From Setoptus koraiensis (Eukaryota > Animalia > Arthropoda), in contig CM106585.1 in the NCBI GenBank assembly GCA_048013815.1, positions 7,006,001-7,070,000 on the forward strand: a stretch of DNA of 64,000 nucleotides, read 5' to 3'. Of this stretch, positions 1-11,592 are shown piece by piece. The position numbers were made by a program, and so were the translations under genes. Numbering within the stretch: the first letter of the stretch is position 1; each line of letters begins with the position of its first letter. The notes under the pieces are model-generated. The model was not told the DNA's origin. It was given only the letters and a program-made list of their open reading frames with translations, and did not search any database.

Positions 1-12
1 TTCTCTACGACA

Positions 13-400
13 AACAAGTTATACTGATCATAACAGTATGAGAGCGCTTAATTTTTCAAGTTAATGATTTCAGGTGTATAGATAGTTTCCTTAGTAGTAT
101 CTCGTGGCAGACATCAGGAATTGATTAGACTTGTACAGACCATGTATGAATCTGTGCTAGCCGTCTCTAGGAAGTTTCATGGAAATATCCCGGTGAGAAC
201 AATTTCGAAAATGGATCATACTCATTTACCCTTTGTGCCCGAAGAGGCCCATAGCGCCATTACTAGAAACAGAAAATTGATTAAACTTGCATAGATTGTA
301 TATGGCACAGTGCTAGTTGTCTCTAGAGAGTTTCAAGAATTTATCCTGGTGAGAACAGTTCCGAAAATAGTTCATAATATGGAGCCCCTGCGGGGCCTGC
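13..400 (-). mobile_element. HINE (Helentron-associated non-autonomous element) 3' part
   Basis: AACAAGTTATACTGATCATAACAGTATGAGAGCGCTTAATTTTT at 13-56 is the reverse complement of the family 3' end (subTIR + hairpin + ACTTGTT); followed by the ~157-bp B-type repeat module. Confidence 0.7.
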
Positions 401-557
401 ATGTTTAGTTTCATGATGATTGTCGCTGGGACCTAATCGCAACAACACCCAGTATTACTTGTCATCTACCACACATATATCAATTCATCGATTGCGAACC
501 TTAACAAGTTATCATATTCTTACCCGAATTTTCCAACGATACTCGTTCACCCGAAAA

Positions 558-1700
558 ACAAGTGATACTGATTCTACCAGTATCTCGAGCGCTTAATTTT
601 TTGGATGGACGAGTATCGTTGGAATATAGATGCGAGTATGTGACAACATGTCGGAGATAAACATCTATGCCTGTCGATCAGAGTAGCCGAAAAGATGACA
701 GAATAAATTCAAGTTCTCCAAATTTCTATCGCAGCATGATACACATGTCGATTGCTTGCGTACGGAATTTAGTAAGATTCTACTGGTCAGTACATCGTTG
801 TGTGAGCATCCAATGCTGGACCAGATGAATTATGGTGCATGTTGCGCTTGGGTCACACTAACACCATACCACAATATTGAATATTCACACGCGCCACAAA
901 TATTTACACATGTATTTATGGCCGCGCACTGGCCACTATTTTCATTGTGTTCACGTGCAACATCTATGATATACCCGTACGTATGTCATTGTACGTATGT
1001 GGCCTATGGACAAGAGGTCTCGGGTGAATGGCGTGCGCCAGGTATTTCAGGCCGCGGTTTTTGGTTGTGCGTTGCCAACGAACAACGGACTTTGGGTAGA
1101 AAGTTTGGATGTCACTGTTGCAAACGGCAGTTGCAACATGTTCATCTAAGGTGTCATTGGCGTGTCGTTTAGTTCAATGGGTGCAGGGCGTTTCAACTCA
1201 CAATTTAAGTGCGGATATCGTGTGAGGCCAGTTGTTTGCGATGGCCGATTTGGTCACACGATCGGGCCATCGCATAGTCAGTTTCGCCGCAATGAGTAAT
1301 CAAGTTAGACACACCAATCAGTCAATGGCGCACACTTTGTTACAGTGCATCAATTTCGAATTTCGAACTTCGAAATGTGACCATCGAACCTCGAATTGTC
1401 ACCAGCGAACTTCGAAATGTGACCATCGAACTCTGTACGAGCACCTGGAACTCGTATCGGAAATTCGAATTCTCAATTTCGAATTTTGAAGTTCGAAATG
1501 TGACCATCGAACTCAGGCAAATCTCAATAGAGATAACGTTGTTAACGTTTAGATACTTTAACACAGAGAAAAATCAAAATTCGTCCAAGTCAAATTCCCA
1601 TAGAGATAACATTGTTAACGTTTGGATACTTTAACACAGGGACTGACGTGAAATTGGCAAAGTCAAATCTCTATAGGGATAGCATTGTTAACGTTTAGAT
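558..1700 (-). mobile_element. HINE partial copy with TTCGAA/CCATCGAA cassette
   Basis: 3' terminal motif AACAAGTGATACTGATTCTACCAGTATCTCGAGCGCTTAATTTTTT at 558-603; conserved subterminal block; TTCGAA-rich array 1355-1515. Confidence 0.7.
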
Positions 1701-2511
1701 ACCGTGAATGGTTGAGCAAACCTCTTGGATGAAAAACTAAACCAAATTAGACGGCTGCAACAATTCCAAAGAACAAAATCCAACCAAAGAAGGAAAGCAA
1801 TGAGACAAATCAGGCGTGAGCTAATCAGGCTAAATAACAGGTTATCTTTGATGATGGAGAGGCGATGTCAGAAAAATAGCAAGGAACTCAAGCAAATGAA
1901 AGAAGACATTGAGAACCACCAACCTAGGATATCGCTGATGACTGAAGAAAGATTTGTTATGGTTGTAATAATTTGCAAGTTTTGTTAAAAATAAAGACAA
2001 ATTAAATGAATAACACAGTTTCTATCTGCTCTTCTATCTTTTCTAATCGTTTTAGTCTCTTTTTAACATCGCCCGGCACTCTCTATCGTTTCGCACACTT
2101 CGCACTGCGGGTTTGTGCGGGGTTGTGCGAAGTGTGCCCGCACAGCCAGTCTAATTAAAACACAGGATCGAAAGTGTTAACAAGCTAAAGAGCCAACTAT
2201 CTACACACGAGACTAATAAATACCGATCTGTAAACAAGTAAAAGAGCCAGGTATCTACACATACCAGATTGTGAAGTCAACAATATATAAACATGCTGGA
2301 GGTCAGTCATCTACACACGAGACAGAGAAGCAACAACATGTGAACAAATTTTGAAGAGTTAGAATGTGATGATGACCACATACTCAGTACTGTGTACTGA
2401 GAAGGTGAAGTGGTTCTAAACTAGTGTGTAGCTTGCTGTGTGCTAGGGAGGCGGAGTGACTCAAAATTGTAGGGCTGTGTATAGATTCAGCCTCCATTAA
2501 GGATCCTCGGG

Positions 2512-3790
2512 AACCCTTCGTGATGGGTTGATGAGCGCTTCGGGTATCGGACTGCGCCCACTACCCTCCGCTCACATGACAGCAATCCAAGCACAGCTGC
2601 AGGCGGGAAGAGCGAACGAACCATTCAACAGAGAACAAGAAACAAGGGATTAATTGACCTAAACAGAAGTGGATACTGGGTGCAGCGCGCACGAGGCACA
2701 GGATGGGTCCGCTCATCGCAACCGCACAGGGCCCGGCCACACCCTTTTTAGCGCTTAATTTTAATTAAGCTGCTATTGGGATGGTTCTGGGCTCTACGTT
2801 TATTCACGTGACTATGTAATCCTATGGAGGTTCGACTTAGTCTAATTTGTGAGAATCCTGCTAGAAATTACACATATATTCCTATCCAGATTCGACTTGG
2901 TGTATTATCGCTTCACTCGAAAATATTTCGTATGCAATCCTATGAAGATTTGACTAGGTCTGATCTGTGAGGAGTTCGATGGTCACAATTCGAACTTCGA
3001 AATTCGAAATTGACAATTCGAATTTCTGATGATAGTCTCAGCTGCTCTGTCGGAGTTCGATGGTCAAAGTACGGTGGTCAGAGTTCGATGGTCACGATTC
3101 GAAGTTCGCTGGTGATAATTCGAAGTTCGATGGTCACATTTCGAACTTCGAAATTGAAAAATTCGAATTTCCGATTCTAGTTTCAGGTGCTTGTATAGAG
3201 TTCGATGGTCACAATTCGAACTTGGAAATTGAAAAATTCGAATTTCCGATTCTAGTTTCAGGTGCTTGTATAGAGTTCGATGGTCACGATTCGAAGTTCG
3301 GTGGTTACAATTCGAAGTTCGATGGTCACATTTCGAACTTCGAAATTGAAAATTCGAATTTCTGATGACAGTTCCATCTGCTCGTTCGATGTTCGGTGGT
3401 CAGTGTTCGATGGTCAATGTTCGATGGTCACATTTTGAAGTTCGGTGGTTAACAGGTTGTCATAAACTCCTTTGAATCGTTCAACAATACTTGTCCACAC
3501 GAAAAATTAAGCGCTCGAAATACTGATTTGATCAGTATTACTTGTTTGCGTTGAACAGCTATATCTAGGTAACCGAAAGTGGCAGAAGATTAATTTTGAT
3601 TTCATCGTGCTTCGCTAGGCGTCATCTATCCGATTATAAATTTTCGAAGCTCTATCTCAATCTTTTGGTAACTCCGGAACCGGAAGTTTCCTGGCTTCCG
3701 GTCTACTCATTCTATGATATGGGGCCCCTACGGGGCCCATGTGTGAAGTTTCATCGAAATCTGAGTGGGGACTCAATCGCAAGAACACCC
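2512..3790 (+). mobile_element. Long-TIR MITE remnant (left end lost) interrupted by a HINE
   Basis: Partial hairpin core 2512-2590, GCACAGGATGGGTCCGCT motif, right TIR ending AACACCC at 3790; the sequence either side of the HINE rejoins to match the uninterrupted copy at ~29920-29940. Confidence 0.7.
2745..3547 (+). mobile_element. Full-length HINE (~800 bp)
   Basis: 5' TTTTT-AGCGCTTAATTTTAATTAAGC (subTIR + inverted repeat); 3' AAATTAAGCGCT + hairpin AATACTGAT-TTG-ATCAGTATT + ACTTGTT; inserted in a T run with no TSD, as established for Helentrons/DINE-1. Confidence 0.85.
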
Positions 3791-4155
3791 CCAAGTTCTT
3801 CATCGAGATTGTCACCTATCCGAGAAAGAACTACCAACGGCAACGAACGAGCGAAATCGACCGACCGACCCGAAGCCGATAAATGGCAGCAGCCAAGGTG
3901 AGTAGACAAGCGGCTCGGTGGCGCATTAACCTTGATATTCTCCGTCGTGGCAGCTCACGTTGCCGTAACGACTTCCAAAGCACTCAAAAGAAACGTTGGC
4001 AGTTGCACGAATAGCTGGTTTTTCGTTGACGTCGATACCGTTTCGGCAAAACTTTCAACGTGAGCCGACCTTGAGAAAGTTTCAAACTTTTCAACAGTCT
4101 AGACACTTTTCACTCTTGTCTGTTGTTGGCGAGCACCCATGTCTCGGCACGCTGA

Positions 4156-4971
4156 CAAAGGACGACTTGCATTTAGTGTCTCCAGAATCAAACTGGTCTT
4201 ACACACATGAATATAGTATTTCCGTGATCGGAAGAGCCTCCTGATCACGAATATACCAATTGCATCATCCTTTAGTTCGACGTTTAGCCACTAGGCGGCG
4301 TTGCTGTTTTTCGCTTTGGGGGCCTCTGGAGCCCCAGTCTCTTGTCATAGAGACATGTTCTTGGTACTGTTGGATAGATCTTTGAAAGACGCATCTATAG
4401 AGGGTATAATTTCTCCCTATACTTGTATCGAAGTCCGGAAAAAAATCAAAAGAAAACTTTGGCCCCATTTTGTGGGGCTCCAGGAATGTCCGCCCAGGGA
4501 TTTGACAGCTCATAAAAATAGCCCTATAAGAGAGCTCCAAAATGATATATAATACAATAAGTCAAATCGAACGTCGATGACCAAAAATGAAAGAAACCAC
4601 ATACACATCCCCTCGAATTAGAGATACAAGGCAGATCGGGTGCTCTGTTGATTATGAGCCAAGCTCGATTTCCATAATAATTGACACGTGGGCCCTGAAT
4701 GGGCCCATGAAGACGTTCTTGATAGTCCAGAAGTGCGGAAAAGTTTACCTCTGGAGATGGGAAAAAACCCGAATTTCGGGCCTCAGAGAGGCCTCAAAAC
4801 ATTCATCTTTGCATATTTGTCTAGATATTCAAATCACTTTTGAAGTGGAGTGAAAATTCGCTCTCTGCGTCACCTTAATCGTTGGAAATTTACTGTTGGC
4901 TACGATGGGTACGCATACGCACTGCCTAAGATGTTGGGAGGCCCGAGACCCTAAATGCAAGTCGTCCTTTG
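4156..4971. mobile_element. Possible small inverted-repeat element
   Basis: Perfect 21-bp inverted repeat CAAAGGACGACTTGCATTTAG (4156-4176) / CTAAATGCAAGTCGTCCTTTG (4951-4971); true termini and TSD not resolved. Confidence 0.35.
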
Positions 4972-5682
4972 TGTTCGCCTCTCTCGGGCTAGCGCTGTTG
5001 CGTGAATCACGATCGATTGATGGGGTCCTGTCGCGGCTGGCGCCGACAAGCCGCTAAACGAGCTGAGCGATGGGCAATATTGTTGCCAACTTGTTCTGAG
5101 CTTACTTCACAATTGTCACTTTATTACCGGCGACCGTGCCGAGCCGACAGGTGGCGCCTCGCCAACGATGGTCCATATCGATTATGTAACATAATTATAA
5201 ATAACGCACACACACACACAAGCATGAGTGTTAGTACGAATTAGGGGTGTTGTAGCGAATAGCGACCCAGTCAGATTTCGATGAAACTTTACACATCGGG
5301 CCCGTGGGGCCCCCTGGCAACAGTTTGAGTGGTCCGAAAGTGCGGAAACTTCCGGTTCCGGTTTTACAAAAACATTGAGATACAGATTTGAAACTCACTA
5401 GATAACTGAAACTGTGCATGCGGAATACGATCATGTCTATTTCAAGTCTGTACGACTTCCGGTTCACGAGATATTTGGTTAAAACTGCTGAGAGGGCGTT
5501 GACGGACAGAACTACCGCCGCCTGACTAGAATCGTGCGCTCAGAATGCCTACAGCAATATATCACAAAACATCAATCTGGCACACGCTAGCGCTTAATAA
5601 TCAGCTATATGTTTGCTTGATCTAAAGATCATTATCTTTTCTTTTCGGCCGCGGCCCGCCCGCCCGGCCCCGGCGGGCCGGT

Positions 5683-6350
5683 GAAAAAGAATAAGAAGAG
5701 AAAAAAGAAAAGAAAGGATTATAAAAAATAAATAAAATGAAATTAGAGATAAAAGAAAAAAATGAAAATATAATGATATAAAAAATAAAGAATCGAAATA
5801 AAAAAATACGATAAATTAAAAGATTAAAATATAAAAAATATTAATTAAAAATAATCGTAAAATATAAAATATATATATATTTAAATAGATATTAAAATAA
5901 ATTATAGAAATACAATAATATATAATTACAAATTTTCAATATCAAACACATACAAAACATATAAGAGAATCCCAGCCTAAACATACACATATCGCAAACC
6001 CACACGCAATCCAAACACAAATCACTCCAACACACCAAATCACTCCAACAACACATCTACAACATCAAACACACGATCACAAAACAAGAACACCCACCAC
6101 CCACAACCCATTTCATCTCCAACACAAACACCAAATCATCGTACAGAACAAACGAACAACAACACCACTCAACACCCACACGAAACACACCCCACCACCC
6201 ACAACCTAAACAAACACACTGTATATACATACCATAATCACTGCACCACAGACCACTACAGTAACCTTCACCAAAACGAAACGCAAAAACATCCGCAGAC
6301 GATACAAACGACCGTAACTGCCCCAGAACCACCTACACCTAACTGAATCA
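5683..6350. repeat. Strand-skewed low-complexity tract (A-rich, then A/C-rich)
   Basis: Plus strand is strongly G-poor; follows a GC hairpin at ~5647-5678. Confidence 0.7.
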
Positions 6351-6384
6351 CTCTGCTCATCTCCAGATTTCCTGTACACCACCA

Positions 6385-7340
6385 TTTGTGCAAGTATGAT
6401 CAGCCATCAATCAGCCGTTTTTGAGACAGAGAGAAATTGCGGATGACGGATGTCATGTGAATATTGTGATTTCTGAACATGTTCCCACCTATCCGTTTTG
6501 ATTATACTGCGTGAATGTGTTGTGCATGTAGCTCGCAACATTTTGTGCAAGTATGATCAGGAATCAATTTGTCGTTTTCGAGACAGAAAGAAATTTTGGC
6601 TGACGGATGTCATGTGAATATCGTGATTTCTGAACATGTTCCCACCTATCCGTTTTGATTATACTGCGTGAATGTGTTGTGCATGTTGCTCGCAACATCA
6701 TGTGCAAGTATGATCAGAAATCAATTGGTCGTTTTCGAGACATAAAGAAATTTCGGCTGACGGATGTCATGTGAATATCGTGATATTTGAACATGTTCCC
6801 AACTATCCGTTTTGATGATACTCTGTGTGTGTGTTGTGCATGTTGCTCGCAACATTTTGTGCAAGTATGATCAGGAATCAATTTGTCGTTTTCGAGACAG
6901 AAAGAAATTTTGGCTGACGGATGTCATGTGAATATCGTGATTTCTGAACATGTTCCCACCTATCCGTTTTGATTATACTGCGTGAATGTGTTGTGCATGT
7001 TGCTCGCAACATTATGTGCAAGTATGATCAGGGATCAATTGGTCGTTTTCGAGACAGAAAGAAATTTCGGATGACGGATGTCATGTATAGTCATCGATTT
7101 CTGAACATGTTCCCACCTATCCGTTCTGATGATACTGCGTGTGTGTGTTGTGCATGTTGCTCGCTACATTCTGTGCAAGTATGATCAGGGATCAATTGGT
7201 CGTTTTCGAGACAGAAAGAAATTTTGGCTGACGGATGTCATGTGAATATCGTGATATTTGAACATGTTCCCACCTATCCGTTTTGATGATACTGCGTGTA
7301 TGTGTTGTGCATGTTGCTCGAAACATTTTGTGCAAGTATT
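6385..7340. repeat. Tandem array, six units of 157 bp (unit A)
   Basis: AAGTAT anchor (AAGTATGATC in the first six) recurs at 6392, 6549, 6706, 6863, 7020, 7177 and 7334. Confidence 0.95.
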
Positions 7341-7850
7341 ACATTATGTGCGATTTTCGAAACTGTTCTCACCAGGATAAATTCTCGAAACTTTCTAGAG
7401 ACAGCAAGCACTGTGCCATACACGATCTTTGCAAGTTTTATCGATTTTCTGTTTCAAGTATTGGCGCTATAGGCCATATTGTGGCACATGTGTCTCTACA
7501 TTATGTGCGATTTTCGAAACTGTTCTCACCAGGATAAATTCTCGAAACTTTCTAGAGACAGCAAGCACTGTGCCATACACGATCTTTGCAAGTTTTATCG
7601 ATTTTCTGTTTCAAGTATTGGCGCTATAGGCAATTCTGGATCATGTTAGCTCATTCAATACATGTGATTTCTGATCACATGTGCCCATACATTATGTGCA
7701 ATTTTCTAAACTGTTCTCACCAGGATAAATTCTTGAAAAACTTTCTAGAGACAGCTAGCACTTATCATTTCTTAATAAACTGTCCAAACCTTTAAAATTG
7801 TTCACTGGAAAAATTAAGCGCTCTTATACTGGTATAATCAGTATAACTTG
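7341..7850 (+). mobile_element. HINE 3' part with second tandem repeat (unit B)
   Basis: ACATTATGTGC at 7341, 7498 and 7689; ends AAAAATTAAGCGCTCTTATACTGGTATAATCAGTATAACTTGTT (~7810-7852). Confidence 0.8.
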
Positions 7851-8489
7851 TTCTGTGCCAAAAACATGTCTCCAGTTCGTTCTTTCACCTTCATTCCTGT
7901 GTGGATTGCAGTCACCTGAGCGGAGGGTAGAGGGCGCAGCCCGATACCCGAAGCGCTCATCAACCCTACCCGAAGGGTTCCCGTCGCACGCAGTCGTCGC
8001 GTGAGCGACGACGGAGATGTGACGGCCTCCAGAATACGAGGCCGCAGGCCGAGTTTTCAGACCCATCGCATGTTCATCCCCGAGCGCAGCGAAGCAATAA
8101 TTCGGTCACTTCCGGTCTTCAAACCCTTGTAATATCTCTATTTCTAGACAACCGGAAGTTGCAGAGAGCTGAATATTATTTCATCGTGTTCAGCGTAGCT
8201 TGAAACGTCTCTCTGGTGAATTTCGGAGCTCTATCTTTAACTTTATGTAAAACCGGAACCGGAAGTTTCCGCACTTTCGGACCAACTTTTCCGGTCTATT
8301 GGGGTCAAGAAGTACCCGTACCGGAAGTTTCACCAAAATCGGGGCGGGTCGCTATTCGCTACAACAACCCGAATTAGACGAGTCATCCTGTTGGCCGAAT
8401 GTTTGAATTGATGAGCGGGCTTCGCATGAACAGAGTTTATAAATACCCGTGTTTACTCCCCCGCTATCACACAGTACAGTACAGTTATG

Positions 8490-9118
8490 TTCCAGTGTGT
8501 AGGCTGAAATGTGCTTGGGAGGTGGGAGGTACACTCAAGCTTGAGATTCGAAAGTTCGTCCACCTCCCAAACACACATTTACTAGGGAGGTGGATTGAAT
8601 TTTGAGTCTCGGGCTCATGTCTAATTAGGAGGTGGACCGAAGCTATAACGAGATAGGTTTAGCTACTCAAAATAGCGTGGGGCGACTCATGCTTGGGAGG
8701 TGGACTAGCTTGAGCTTAAACAATAAGTTCACCTCCTGGGCATGCAACGACCTACATACAAGTTTGGACCTCGAAGGTTCGTCCACCTCCCATACACACA
8801 TCTCAGGGAGGTGGATTGAATTCTAAGTCTCGGGCTCATGCAGAGGTTAATGTATTGCGAGGAGGTGGATCGATGCTATACACGATCTGTGCAAGTCTAA
8901 TCAATTTTCTGTTTCTAGTATTGGCGCTATAGGCCATTTTGTGGCACGGGTCCTTCCACAGTATGTGCAATTTTCGAAACTGTTCTCACCAGGATAAATT
9001 CTTGAAACTTTCTAGAGACAGCTAGCACTTTTCACTTCTCAATAAACTGTCCAAACCTCTAAGATTGTTCACTGGAAAAATTAAGCGCTCTTATACTGGT
9101 ATAATCAGTATAACTTGT
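8490..9118 (+). mobile_element. HINE 3' part with GGAGGTGG motif cassette
   Basis: Repeated GGAGGTGG/CCACCTCC motifs 8517-8870; unit-B module; family 3' end at ~9075-9118. Confidence 0.75.
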
Positions 9119-9125
9119 CTGTTTC

Positions 9126-10127
9126 GGTTGTTGTAGCGATTAGGTCCCCACTCAGATCTTGATGAAACTTCCGATGTAAGTCTACCTTGACCCCAATAGA
9201 ATGGAAAAAGTAGTCCGGAAGTGCGGAAACTTCCGGTTCCGGTTTTACATTAAATTAGAGCTAGAGCTCTAAAATTCACCAGAGAGAGATTTTAGGTTAC
9301 GCTCAACACGATGACATGATACCCATCACATTGTGGAGACAGAATTACACGCTAGCAAGTGACCCTGATTCAATCAGTATCTCGAGCGCTTAATTTTTTG
9401 GATAGATGAGTATCGTTGGAATGTGGATGCGAGCATGTGACACCATGTTGGAGATACCCATCTAAGCCTGTCAGATCAGAGTAGCCGAAAAGATGACAGA
9501 ATTAATCCTAGTTCTTCAAATTGCTATTGCAGCATGATAAACATGTTGATTGCTTGCGTACGAAACATAGTAAGTTTCTAATGGTCAGTTTCGCCACAAG
9601 GAGTAAGTTAGTTGGACACACCAATCAGTCAATGGCGCACACTTTGTTATAGTGCATCGATTTCGAATTTCGAAGATCGAGTTTTGACCATCGAACTTCT
9701 ACCATCGAACTAAGAACACCGACCAAGGAACTCCGAACGAGCAGCAGTAACTCTTATCAGGAATTCGAATTTTCGAATTTCGAAGTTCGAACTCTGACCA
9801 TCGAACGAGCAGCTGAAACTCTCATCAGAAATTCGAATTTCCAATTTCCAATTTCGAAGTTCGAATTGTGACCATCGAACTCCGACCACCGATCTCTGAC
9901 CATCGATCATCGAACGAGCAGCTGAAACTATCACCAAAAATTAGAATTTCCAATTTCGAATTGTGACCATCGAACTCTGACCATCGATCATCGAACGAGC
10001 AGATGGAACTATCATAGGGAATTCGAATTTTCAATTTTCGAATTTCGGAGTTCCAAATGTGACAATCGAACTTCGAATTGTAACCGTCGAACTCTGTACA
10101 AGCACCTGGAACTCGTATCGGAATTTT
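9126..10127. mobile_element. MITE left arm (9126-~9340) truncated by a minus-strand HINE (~9357-10127)
   Basis: GGTTGTTGTAGCGATTAGG terminus at 9126; HINE 3' motif at ~9357-9399 followed by a TTCGAA array. Confidence 0.7.
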
Positions 10128-10245
10128 CATGATGACCCCACAACTCCACCACAATTATCGCAACGCGCTAAGGATTCAAAGGAAGGTTCTATCGGCGAAG
10201 AGCATTAGCAATGTTAGGAAAATCATTGATTGTGGTACGGTTCCT

Positions 10246-10745
10246 NNNNNNNNNNNNNNNNNNNNNNNNNNNNNNNNNNNNNNNNNNNNNNNNNNNNNNN
10301 NNNNNNNNNNNNNNNNNNNNNNNNNNNNNNNNNNNNNNNNNNNNNNNNNNNNNNNNNNNNNNNNNNNNNNNNNNNNNNNNNNNNNNNNNNNNNNNNNNNN
10401 NNNNNNNNNNNNNNNNNNNNNNNNNNNNNNNNNNNNNNNNNNNNNNNNNNNNNNNNNNNNNNNNNNNNNNNNNNNNNNNNNNNNNNNNNNNNNNNNNNNN
10501 NNNNNNNNNNNNNNNNNNNNNNNNNNNNNNNNNNNNNNNNNNNNNNNNNNNNNNNNNNNNNNNNNNNNNNNNNNNNNNNNNNNNNNNNNNNNNNNNNNNN
10601 NNNNNNNNNNNNNNNNNNNNNNNNNNNNNNNNNNNNNNNNNNNNNNNNNNNNNNNNNNNNNNNNNNNNNNNNNNNNNNNNNNNNNNNNNNNNNNNNNNNN
10701 NNNNNNNNNNNNNNNNNNNNNNNNNNNNNNNNNNNNNNNNNNNNN
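10246..10745. other. Assembly gap (500 N)
   Basis: Run of N; the round length suggests an arbitrary scaffolding gap. Confidence 1.
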
Positions 10746-10803
10746 ATGGTCTAGTCGTCTAAGAACACAAGATGTCCGTTCGTGTGATTTGGTTATGTCT
10801 CTG

Positions 10804-11420
10804 GTTTGTTCTGTATGTTAATAAAAATGTTCTCTATGTAACCAAGTTCTCTATATGATGACAAACACTTGACTGATTCTTATATTCACAGGGTCGACTA
10901 GTTTGTTATTTGTAGTTTGTAATTACATTATATTGTGATATTATAATCTTTGTTTGTAGCTTTTACTAAATGTTGATAATTTGTTGTTAATATATAGTCA
11001 TCTCAGATGCGGAGTTACGAAGACGTTAAGTACATATAGACAAGGATCATGTTCTTGACGTCTTCAAACGTCCACAATCTATCTTGTATTTGAAACCATT
11101 GTTATTTCGGTGCGTATGGCTGTATTGATCACGCAGACAACAGAAATTAACACCGAAATAACAAGGGTTTCAAATACAAGATAGATTGTGGACATTTGAA
11201 GACGTCAAGCACATGAGCCTTGTCTATATGTACTTAACATCTTCGTTACTCCGCATCTGAGATGACTATATATTAACAACAAATTATCAACATTTAGTAA
11301 AAGCTACAAACAAAGATTATAAATAATCGACCCTGTGAATATAAGAATCAGTCAAGTGTTTGTCATCATATAGAGAACTTGGTTACATAGAGAACATTTT
11401 TATTAACATAGTGAACAAAC
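10804..11420. repeat. Long near-perfect palindrome (foldback)
   Basis: Left arm 10804-11112 is the reverse complement of right arm 11151-11420; 38-nt spacer; left arm has ~40 extra nt near 10900-10940. Confidence 0.9.
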
Positions 11421-11572
11421 ATAACACGTTAAACATAGAGAACATTTTTATTAACATAGTGAACAAACATAACACGTTAAACATAGAGAACATTTTTATT
11501 AACATAGTGAACAAACATAACACGTTAAACATAGAGAACATTTTTATTAACATAGTGAACAAACATAACACG
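11385..11572. repeat. 48-bp tandem repeat x4
   Basis: ACATAGAGAACATTTTTATTAACATAGTGAACAAACATAACACGTTAA at 11385, 11433, 11481 and 11529. Confidence 0.95.
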
Positions 11573-11592
11573 GTTATTTCAACGAACCCACA

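Larger units (their letters stand above)
5245..8369. mobile_element. Long-TIR MITE, 3.1-kb copy carrying internal cargo
   Basis: Ends GGGTGTTGTAGCG / CGCTACAACAACC; perfect 8-bp TSD CGAATTAG (5237-5244 and 8370-8377); hairpin core in reverse orientation at ~7905-8095. Confidence 0.85.

Noticed and set aside
3883-3903. Host first exon ATGGCAGCAGCCAAG|GTGAGT
   Set aside because: Only five codons plus a donor, with no downstream exon found among the repeats
8628-8636. Bacterial contamination suggested by AGGAGGTG (Shine-Dalgarno-like) motifs
   Set aside because: The motifs occur in both orientations inside a eukaryotic TE and are not followed by ORFs
10129-10821. ORFs spanning the N run
   Set aside because: Artefacts of translating the gap
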